Positions 52,969 through 64,000 of a DNA stretch of 64,000 nucleotides are shown one piece after another. Below the pieces are notes generated by a model. It saw only the letters and a program-made list of their open reading frames with translations. It was not told where the DNA came from and made no database searches. Both the position numbers and the translations under genes were made by a program. Position 1 is the stretch's first letter. Each line of letters begins with the position of its first letter. Origin of the DNA: Chrysomallon squamiferum (taxonomy: Eukaryota; Animalia; Mollusca); contig CM022674.1 in assembly GCA_012295275.1 (NCBI GenBank), positions 11,966,001 to 12,030,000 on the forward strand, in the 5' to 3' direction.

Positions 52969-53778
52969 AAGAAGAAGAAGAAGAAAAAGAAGAATTAGAA
53001 GAAAAGAAATGTAATTATTTTATTGAGGAAATGACAATACGAACACTGGTCTTAATTAGTAAACAAAACGACAACAAAAAACGGAAAAAAAAATAATAAA
53101 AAATAAAAAATTAAGAAATAAAAGCAAACAAACAAAACAAGAAATTTAATTATTAAATATTATAACTGAATTATTGCAGGAACACTTTTGTAAGTTTTAT
53201 GTTCATTTTATTCCTTTCATAATCTATTCGTATTTGAATCTAAATAACTATAACTACAAAAATATTCCATAATAATATTAGTAATTTGTAATGTGTACTT
53301 ATTTCATAAATTACGTAGTACAGAATTAAGGCAAGACACGTTGTAGTCATTGCTGTAATGACTCAGAGAACGCTGTGAAAAACATTGTCATGTTTGAAGT
53401 GAAATTTAGACGTCAGTAATAAAGGCAATACCGGGTTATTTTCTTAAGATATCAGCTTTATTTTGCTATGGTTGCAATGACGAATTATCCAGAGGCTTTG
53501 CTGAGCTGCATTCAACATTCGAACTGAACTGGATAAAGCTAAGACCTGAATACATTAACGAGTTACGTTTTTATCTTCAGTACAGAATAACTGCTTTCAT
53601 TCTCAACTCATCACTCTCTAGAGTAGAAGATTCACGCAAACTGATCCTGCTATTGCCTATACATGAAAGCAAAACACTGCTTAAATAACGACAATTTATT
53701 TGTTGTTTTGTTTAAATGAAAACTGTTTCAAAACTGTTTTTGTTTTTAAAGATAATTAAACAAAAACGATGTAACTTT

Positions 53779-53818
<40 letters not shown>

Positions 53819-54319
53819 ACTTATAAAAAAATATATATATATATCGTAGTAATTTATCGAAGTAAAAATAGTCAGTAACCGAAAATATAGAAATATTTCT
53901 AATGTTAATATTTATGCCACTATGTACTATGACTGGAGGATAAATATATATTTATATACATGAGATACCATAATAGCAATTTTATTAGTAGCTTTTTTAT
54001 TGCCTTTTCTCTATAATATTGTTGCTGCTGTTGTTGTTGTAATTGGTGTAGTAGTCCTTTCTAACTATGTTCTGTTGATATTACTGGTAATGTATATTCA
54101 TATTATTGTTGTTGACGATGTGTTGGTTTCTACGCCTATGGCACTAGAAAGTGTGGCTTTTTCGAAAAAAAAATGTGTTGACGTTACTCTTATACTGCTT
54201 TCGTTGTTGTTGTTGTTGTTGCAACGCCCTTGGCACTGATAGTTGTTGACGAGAACATCACAGTTGCTACCTTTTAAGCTTTGTTTACATCTGCTCTAAA
54301 CAGAACAAACTGTTTTGCT

Positions 54320-54740
54320 TGCATATATATTAAACTGAATTTATAGTTTTTCTTACATATACATTAAACTGTATTTATAGTGTTACTTACATATAACTCT
54401 AAACTGAACTAACAGTTGAGTTTACATATACTCTAAACTGAATTTATGGTTTTGCTTACATATAACTCTAAACTGAACTAACAGTTGAGTTTACATATAC
54501 TCTAAACTGAACTAACAGTTGAGTTTACATATACTCTAAACTGAATTTATGGTTTTGCTTACATATAACTCTAAACTGAACTTGCAGTTGAGTTTCTAAA
54601 CTAACAGTTGAACTAAACTGAATTTATGGTTTTGCTTACATATAACTCTAAACTGAACTTGCAGTTGAGTTTACATATGCTCTAAACTGAAGTTGAGCTT
54701 AGATATACTTTAAAATGAACTTACAGTTCTGTTTACATAT
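54320..54740. repeat. 34-35-bp minisatellite upstream of paralog D
   Basis: Unit ctctaaactgaactaacagttgagtttacatata and a variant with aatttatggttttgcttac; starts at 54431, 54466, 54500, 54534. Confidence 0.9.
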
Positions 54741-55186
54741 AATTTGGAGTTCTGTGGTGATGTCGCAGCTGATGTTGACATATTATTTGTCTTAGCGACG
54801 ACAGCGCTCTTGTCGTCATAAGTAACCCGGTGATTGATATATCGAGTAAATTTAACAAATCGAAATAATCAAGAACCTACTTCTGATCAAAACTGTGGGA
54901 ATCCTTTCTTTCTTGTTTGCTTGGATTTTTGTTTTTCCTTCAGGCCACAGTAAACAGGAAGACAAGATGACCGCGGCGTGGCTGTCGATGTATCATTGGT
55001 ACAAACACCAGCGATTTACTTTAACTCCGCCTTTTGTTTCCACCTCGAGCACTTTCTGTGTTTTCCAGCGTTGTAACGGAAATGTGACGTGATTTGTTTT
55101 GAGTTGTGTTAACGAGGCTGCGACAACGGACAGCAGAACAAAACTGTGTTTGTGTCTCTTTAGTCCGCATTCACTGACCAACAGTC

Positions 55187-55243
55187 ATGTCTGCAACACT
55201 AATCACATGTAAGTCGTACGTAGTTCATTTGTAATTATAAGTT

Positions 55244-55294
<51 letters not shown>

Positions 55295-55300
55295 TTATAT

Positions 55301-55351
<51 letters not shown>

Positions 55352-55365
55352 GTAGCAGTAGCAGT

Positions 55366-55410
<45 letters not shown>

Positions 55411-55543
55411 CAGTAGTTATTACTGTTGTGATATTTTTGACCGTACTCTATCAAACTTAGTATTAACTGCGGCAATATATTTTATTTTATTTTATTTATT
55501 TATTTATTTATTTTTTTATTACTATCATTTTTGTTACTGTTGC

Positions 55544-55608
<65 letters not shown>

Positions 55609-56486
55609 TTATTTCCAACTCATTTACTTTTTCAGTAAGTTTACTGGTAGAAACAATTCAGCATCACAAAAATAAGAAAATAATTTTTCCCTGTGCATGT
55701 TACACAGAATTATAACAAACAGTTTTCAGATTTGTAGTTACCATAACAATGAGCTATTGTTTCTTTTTTCATCATCTATTATCGTCTTCGTACTATCATT
55801 ATAAGAATCGTGACTGTCACCTTTATTATTTCCATGATATTTTCATACTCATGATGACCATCTTTATCACGATACGAACAGTACCTTTATCATTATCATA
55901 ACGATCACCATTAACATGATCAAAACCACGTTCTTTATTAAGATAAAGATCACTATCTTTATTACAGTCACTATCAGTATCATAACTACCATTACTGCCA
56001 CCGTCTTTATTATTATCATAACCACCAGATAAGTCGTGATCATGACCACCAATTTTAACATTATCATGATGAAAACCGGTAATCTTATTAGTATCAAAAT
56101 TACCTTCACTGTTATTAATATCATCATCATCATCATTGTTATCACGATCATCTCCGTTATCATCGTTTTATAATTTCAGTCACATGTCTGGCAGTGATGA
56201 TAGTGCAGACGCAGCAAACAACGATGTGTCAGACGACGTTTTTGACTCAGTTCTACACCTGCATCCACAACGTCCATCTACTTCCACAGAACATTCTCTG
56301 GTTCACGAAAAACGGGACTCTGGGAACTAAGCCGGTTGACGAACAAGCGTTTAAAGAATCTGCCTGCAGGTAGCCTGGGTTTTAGAATACGCTGTTCAGT
56401 AAAGAGCATCAGACAAGCAGGATGTGTAGAAGCAGTGTTGTTTATAATAATGTTGAAATGTAGCTGGTAGTAGTAGTAGTAGTAAT

Positions 56487-56527
<41 letters not shown>

Positions 56528-56533
56528 TAATAA

Positions 56534-56573
<40 letters not shown>

Positions 56574-58112
56574 TGTAGGGAGCTGGTGGTAGTAACAGCA
56601 GAAGAAATTGTTGTAGTAGTTGTTGTGATTGTAGTTGAAATTGTAATAGTACTAGTAGCTGTATTAATAGTAGTGGCTTTAGTAGTAATAGTAGTAGTAG
56701 TAGTAGTAGTGATAGCAGTACATTATAGTAGTAGTAATAGTAATGCTAGTATTAGTAACAATTACATAATTACTATTGGTAGGAATAGTGATAATAGTTT
56801 TAGTATTAATAGTAACATTAATAGTAGTAATGGTAGTAACAGTAGTAATAGTAACATTAGTAGTAGTAATGGTAGTAACAGTAGTAATAGTAACATTAGT
56901 AGTAGTAACAGTAGTAATAGTAACAACTGTAATTTCACATATCTCACTGAAATGACACAGACACAGACTATCAATATATATATATGTATATATTTTGACT
57001 TTTTCTTCAAGACAACGACTGAACGTCTACAACTGCTCTGTGACGGCTATGGATCACATCGTCAACAGCTCGGCTTGCGCAGACTCGGACAAAACTTTAG
57101 TGAAGAAATTCTTCGGCAGCATCTTTGGACCATACGACGTCCTCTGTGCTCATCGTAAGTGTTTTCTTTCTTCCTTTTCTTCTTCCACTTTTCCTTCCAG
57201 TTGTGCGTGTGCGTGTGTGTGTGTGTTTGTTGTTGCTGCTGTTATCATTAATACTAAGTATATTCCATCTTTCTATCCATCCATTCATCCATCTTTCTAG
57301 CATCTTTTATTTTATTTGACTACCGATCTCTCTATGTGTATGTCGGTATATGTATGTTTTCTCCTCTGTCTCTCTGGCTCTCTGTCTATTTATTTTCTGT
57401 CTTTTTGTCTGTGTGACTTATGCTCACTTTCTCTCCACAAACATATAAATACACTCAAACACCAACAGATACACTCAGATAGAGACACATATACGTTTTA
57501 AAATGTTCAAGCTAGTCTATTAATTATTTTAAACAATTTTAAAATGTGACTCATTTGTTATTACCACCACCATAAAACCTTCATCATTATATTTACCTTC
57601 ATTTCATGTTTTTGTACATATCTTTTTATATTTTTGTTTGTTAGATTAAACTGCGAAGGACCCTTGAATTTAATTATCATGGGAAAAGTATATAAATATG
57701 GTAAAACAAAAATAAACACAAATGTATGTACTTTTTTTTTATATATATATGTAAATTAACATATCGTACTGTCCTTATCCTTAGTTTTATTACTGAATGT
57801 ATTTTATATTTTCAGCTTGTCGTCATACATTATTCAGTGCGTTTAGGAGGTGTCATGATAAAATTGGAATTACTTTTGGGCCATTTCTGACAAAGGAGAA
57901 TATTGCTTCAGTTATTGGATCAAATACAAACGAGACAGCACAATTCTGCATGTAAGTCTGGAGTAGTATGTAGTAGTAGAAATACTTGTAGTAGTAATTG
58001 TCGTTGTTGTAGTTCTAACATTAGTAGTAACAGCAGGAGCACTAGTAGTAGTTGAAGAAGCAAGGGTAATAGTTATAACACTGTTTTAGGATGCATTGAT
58101 AGCAATGACAGC

Positions 58113-58163
<51 letters not shown>

Positions 58164-58291
58164 CACAGCTTCAGTATTATTTATTAATATGTAACTGTTT
58201 CCCAAAATTATAAATATTTTGCATTTGAATGATAATGTCAAAATGAAATGGAAACATATTATATAAAATACAAAAAATTGATAATGATGAT

Positions 58292-58322
<31 letters not shown>

Positions 58323-58553
58323 TAACCAGGAATCGTGGAAAACTATTGAGCTGCATGTCGCAAGAGAAAACTAGATGTCCGGAAGCTGATTTTGTAATGA
58401 GGCAAGTTGGCCTTGACCTCAATGTCATCAGAAAATCAACGCAAGTGTTCTGCAGCTATCCGCAAGGTATAAAATAGTGATACATACCAAAAGTTTCTGT
58501 TTAGTTTGGATTCTATTAACAATATCTGAGATTTCATATTATTGGGCTTACTG

Positions 58554-58601
<48 letters not shown>

Positions 58602-58779
58602 TATATTTGGATTTATCTAGATTAATATCTATATTAGTATGTATGGATGGATGGATGTAAGTATGTATGTATATAGCTCTGTATGTCTGTATGTGAGGTT
58701 TTTCTCTTGGTTGTTTTAATTTTTACTTATTTATTAATTTTATTTATTTATTTGTTTGTTTGTTTGTTTGTTTTAATAT

Positions 58780-58810
<31 letters not shown>

Positions 58811-59087
58811 TTTGTTTGTTTGTTTTAATATTCATTAAATTATTTATTTCAGTGTACTTGGACAGTGTCGTCTGCTCACAGAAGTTGTCTTCAGAAGTAC
58901 GCAGGTGTTACCTGAATGCAGAAAAGAAAATGGCGAATCTGACGTCAGAGTTCCAGATAATAATAAACGAAAAGAAATTTAACGATCATTTCTGCGCGTG
59001 AGTTTTACGAAATATTTTAAAGTTATTGAAATTATGTTTTGATATTGCTTAATGCACGAGAAAATAACCATCAGTGCATTACAGTTC

Positions 59088-59123
<36 letters not shown>

Positions 59124-59502
59124 GGTTGTTGTTGTTGTTGTTGTTGTCCGTATTGCCATAGTCGTTGTAACTGTCGTCGTTGTCTAGATGTTATATTAAC
59201 AGTACAAATACTATTATTACATTGCAGAATACGTCAGGAAAATGTGTTGTGTGACGTCATGGCGTGGAGCAAGAAAGCAGACGACAGAAAGTGTAACGAG
59301 GCTGTGATTGGTCTGAGAATAGAATATGGCTGCAAACTACTTCCGGATCAGTGCACTAGCAGTTTTAGCAGTGAGATTAAGACGCTGTGTAGCAGTGAGG
59401 TTTATGCAGGCTTCCAGACAAAACTATGGAAACGGATCAGCTCGTTTAGGTCACGTTTCAATTCCCTTCCTAGTCAGCGTTTTAATAATGTTAAATATTT
59501 GA
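55187..59502 (+). CDS. Paralog D: same family, ~348 aa after correcting a +1 A at 59420-59423 (363 aa to 59546 as given)
   Basis: Exons 55187-55208, 56180-56369, 57012-57154, 57816-57951, 58330-58466, 58853-58997, 59228-59502; same phases and Cys pattern. Signal MSATLITFTCLAVMIVQT-QQ. Shifted frame gives NYGNGSARLGHVSIPFLVSVLIMLNI*. Confidence 0.87.
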
Positions 59503-60603
59503 TAACGTATCCACTCCACTGTTGCATCTGTATATTTCATTATTAACTTTGAAATGAAATGTTTAGTTTCACAGATTAAAAAGAGACCAGAGGTTTATTT
59601 GTGTAAAAGAAACAACAACATCGCTATCAGTATTAAATTAATAGTATGGATATAATTTCCAAGATGAATTGAGTTTTTTTTTTTTTTGTTTAGTGATTCT
59701 TTTCGATTTCACGCTACTTCAAAACCAGTCACACGTAGAAATATTTTAGATGACAAGAAACCGCTGGTTCATTCAGACACTGTTTGTAATAATTATCTTA
59801 AAATCTAGCATGATAATCACAGCGTTTATATTGTACTTAACTATCATATAAACTGCTCTTATTACTTATTTTTGTTTATAGATGCAAATTAGATATACGT
59901 GTATTTGTATATATCTGTTTAGATATATAATGTATATGTATATAACTGTTTAGATATATATATATGTATATGAGTATGTATCTATGCACGTTTGTTTTTA
60001 TGTATATATGTATGTAACAATATAGATATGTATATGCAAGTGTATGTGTAGATATATGTATAAATGTATGTTTGAATAAATGTATGTATGAATCTATCTA
60101 TGTGTGCATATGTGTGTTTGTATGTGTTTATATATGTGCATATGTCATCTATTTGTCAGAAATATTGTAATTATCTGTAATAAAAAATAAGTATTATAAT
60201 TCATTTTTCCATGTTTGTTTTTATCTCGAAATAGGAATTGTGTATGTGTAAAGAAAACAAAATAGTAATAAAAAAATAAAAACAACAAACAAAGAAACAA
60301 ATTATATAAAAAATAACACAAATATATGGCTGAGTCTCGTCAGCGGCATCTCGTGGGGTTTGTGATGTCGTGATTTGACTTTGTCCTTCTACGCCAGTGC
60401 GTTCCGAATATTGTCTATGTGCAGAGAATATTCAGAGTCATAAACAGAGAATATTGGATAAATGTTAAATAGGATAACTAGCAAATATCTCTGTGAAGTA
60501 TTCTGCGATCTAGATGAAAAGGAATACCTCTAAGAAAGAAAAGATGCATACGACATTAATAGAAAACCTTAGTTTCTAGTCGTAATTTCAGTAACATTTA
60601 GAT

Positions 60604-61038
60604 CAGGGGTACGAAAACTTTCTGATCTTATTGGCCACAGCGCTTTAACTTCACTGGCATTTTGGCCGCACAAACTTCAACGTGAGTATGTAAAACTTGA
60701 AAGCGTATCATATATGATTTTGCATAATTTTCTGACAGTGAACCTCTGTGACTTAATATGCTGCATGTAAATAATGGGTACGTTTACATGTTTCCATCAG
60801 AATTGGCTTCATCCCTCTATGATTCCCTTTAAAGTCAAAATAAAACAGTTATGAATATTATTTATTACTTTTACTAAATAACAACTTTGAAACTGTTTGA
60901 TTTAAAAATGAATACTGGACGCCTTGTTGTGTTCTTCACGGTGTATGAGTGTTTACACGCAGCCTCGTCCTGTTTCTTATGAGACGCTAAACGTGACGAG
61001 GTGACATCCTTCCCACGCCTGCACGCTGGGCATCCCTG
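60604..61038. mobile_element. Non-autonomous hAT-type element (435 bp)
   Basis: Begins CAGGGGT and ends ATCCCTG; flanked by an 8-bp direct repeat with one mismatch, ATTTAGAT (60596-60603) / ATTTAGAC (61039-61046). Confidence 0.7.
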
Positions 61039-61482
61039 ATTTAGACGCACAGTCGTGTGTGAAAGAAGCGAGTAAATAATATTATAGTCTATGAGAAACA
61101 TGTTTTCAACACAAGCAATATCTGTCAGGTTGTTGACCACATTCGCCTGTTCAGTGGTCTACAGAAATTTCCAAGTAACAGTCTGCTGTGCAGTTTGTAA
61201 AGTGTTATTATACGACGTAAACCATTCATACGCTAGGTTTCGTGGTACCTTTTAGCAGAACTTGATGTCTTTGTTGTGTGTGTAACCTTTTTAGCGAAAA
61301 TACAGATGTTATGTTTGAAACAAAATATTTAAAATCTGAAAGTATGAAGTTTATAAAATATACAGAGATCAGTTCTCTCCAAATTTAAATTACGACCAAT
61401 ATGCTACATGTTCACGAGAATGCACAGATGCTTATTATTTCTAGAGATAAATATAATAACAATAATGATAACAATAATAATA

Positions 61483-61533
<51 letters not shown>

Positions 61534-61568
61534 TTATTGTTGCTGTTCTTGTCATTGTTATTGTCTTG

Positions 61569-61617
<49 letters not shown>

Positions 61618-62276
61618 CATCATTATTATTATTATTATAAAGAAATTTATTAAAAAAAAATTAATAATAACTTGAAATACTGAGTAAATCATTATGTAAT
61701 TCTTACTCTCAGTCTATTGATATCAATGGTAGTGTTGATTTCTGTGCCCGGAATGACGTCATGCTTTATTATTCGCAAAGTTTGGTTACGAGATACACAG
61801 AAACTGATGAATGGAATCATCCAAAATGTGTTTTGGATATTTATTCACACCACTGTCTATTATTTTTTAAAATTCTTCTTAATTATGCGACAGTGTTGTT
61901 TTTTGTGACTGTTTTGTGTGTGTCTGTGTCTGTTGTTGTTGTTGTTGTTTTTTAACCAGCTCACGTTTAAGTCTTGAAATCTGAGATTGTAGTGATGCTT
62001 TAAAATTTCACAACAAATTATTTTAAACTACTAATGATATGGTTGTACCTGACGTGAAAGAAAGACGGAAGAATGAACGAAAGAATGAAAGAGGAAAAGA
62101 AGGAAACCAATTCGTAGCAGTTTACCACCACCACCACAACAACAATAAAACATAATAACAATGATGAAGATAATGATAATAATAATAGAAGTAATAATAA
62201 TAATAAAAAGAAGAAGAAGAAAAAGAACAAGAACAACAATAATTAGTAGTAATAGCATTAGTAGTAGTAGTAGTAA

Positions 62277-62317
<41 letters not shown>

Positions 62318-62648
62318 TTTTAGTGTTAACATAAATTCTTTAAACTTTGATGAAAATCTACTAAATAAATAACTGCGAAATAAACTGATATCAAGCAACA
62401 GAAAACGAGAACATATTAACTAATATAGGTATACTAAAACATTTAATGAATCATACCACTTATTAATTGTGAAAAGGATTTCTTTCCGCTAATTAGGGCA
62501 GTCAGATGATCAGGTTTGGTTTTCAGTTTTACCCAAACCCATCAATCATCGCCCGTTTACTCATCTGCTTCCGGCAAGTTTTGACATGCGCATCATTTGA
62601 CTACGTGTTTTCAGTGGACAAGACGTATCTCTCTCTCTCCAGTTAAAG

Positions 62649-63392
62649 ATGGCGTACTTGTTATTTCTTACTGGTATGTAGCTTTTATTAAATTACATGA
62701 TTTTTAAACATTTTTTAATTTTATTGATTTTTTTTAAAATATCTATTATATCATATATAATATATATTTACTATGAGGGATAGTATATTGGAACTGATGA
62801 TCTAAAAATGTTAAGTAATATTTTTACACTAAAATGATTCGATGTATCTATGTATGTATGTATGTGTACATATGTTTTGTATGTTAGCATAGATATGTGT
62901 ATGACCTATGCACGTGCAAAACAGTACAAACAAGCTTAAACAAACATCAAGAATCTTAAAATAATGTTCGCAGTAGTTATACAGATTGATAACTGGACTA
63001 AGTGACACTGCACAAAGGAGTAAGGATACTCATAGGAGTGGTAACAGCTAGACAAAAAAAATACTAATCAAGTGAAAGTTTTTATATGTGTGTAATTTTA
63101 ATTAAAATTATTAATATCGTTTTAAACTTGTTTCTGTTTCCTTTATTTAATTTTTTTACCAATTGATTTTACGAGCAGAAAAGTAAAGAATATTTCATTC
63201 ATTTACTGACTAAATGATTCTAAATGATTCTGTTATAGTGTGTTTTATTTACCATTTATTAAATAAATAATTAATATTTATTGATACTGATAAAGTGATT
63301 TAATACTGATTTAATATTAAATGAATGCAACATCTGCAATATATATTTTTTGTACATAAGTTCTCTTTTTTGTAATAATAGTTCTTGTAACA

Positions 63393-63461
<69 letters not shown>

Positions 63462-63794
63462 CATACTACTATTACTACTAAAACTAATAATAATAACCGT
63501 AATATATAATTTGTCGTAATCATATCTAGTATTATAATTATAGCTGATTTGTTGTTATTATTGTTGCAGCATGTGTTGCTGTCTCTCTTAACAAAAGTAA
63601 ATTTCCTTCCCTACTCTTCCCAAAGTTAATTACCTACATCATTAGACGCTCCTCCCTAGACCCCGCCCTTTTGTCCCGTGTGCACGGAGTACTTCCTGAT
63701 CATTATGAAACTCTGTCCTAACACTTGCCGCTCTGATCAAAGCACAGCCTCCAGCTGAACGCCATGTTTTCTACACGAAACAACATCAGTCTAA
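62649..63794 (+). pseudogene. Probable fifth paralog (E), 5' part only; exon 2 disrupted in this sequence
   Basis: Short phase-1 first exon 62649-62673 (MAYLLFLT, G|gtatgt); acceptor ttgttgcag| at 63569 continues ACVAVSL; CTEYFLIIMKLC (63681-63716) fits the family C-x3-F-x6-C motif but is out of frame. Confidence 0.4.
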
Positions 63795-64000
63795 GTAAAT
63801 CAAAAGTTTTGGGTTTGGCAGCGGATACGTACGCTCTAAAGTGACATCATTTATCCTCGGTGTCGTGTTTGACGATGTGTTTGCCCACGGGACACGCAGA
63901 TTAATTCGGTGTTTTAACTGAAAAGCGATGACGTTTATTGATTGCTAATTGATTTAACTTAAGGCGGTTCTAGAGCGATTGTAAACATACAAAGTGTCGT

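Overview
AT-rich, microsatellite-dense eukaryotic DNA, almost certainly molluscan because it carries a small cardioactive peptide (SCP) gene. Nearly all supplied ORFs are simple-repeat artefacts; the real genes are spliced and were rebuilt by hand. (1) 11.3-18.6 kb (+): SCP neuropeptide precursor (NYLAYPRL-GR, SYLAFPRL-GR, Cys-rich tail); its signal-peptide exon was not found, and two candidate in-frame cassette exons lie in its intron. (2) 30.7-59.5 kb (+): a head-to-tail array of four paralogous 7-exon genes (A-D), plus the probable start of a fifth (E) at 62.6 kb. They encode ~350-380 aa secreted, probably GPI-anchored glycoproteins made of three copies of a Cys module (C-x10-C...C-x8-C...C...C), each copy encoded by one exon pair. 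I cannot assign this family to a named group. B, C and D each have one single-base homopolymer frameshift in this sequence, either assembly error or real; in B and D it removes the GPI-type tail. Also present: a hAT-type MITE, a Tigger4/MER46-like MITE and several minisatellites.
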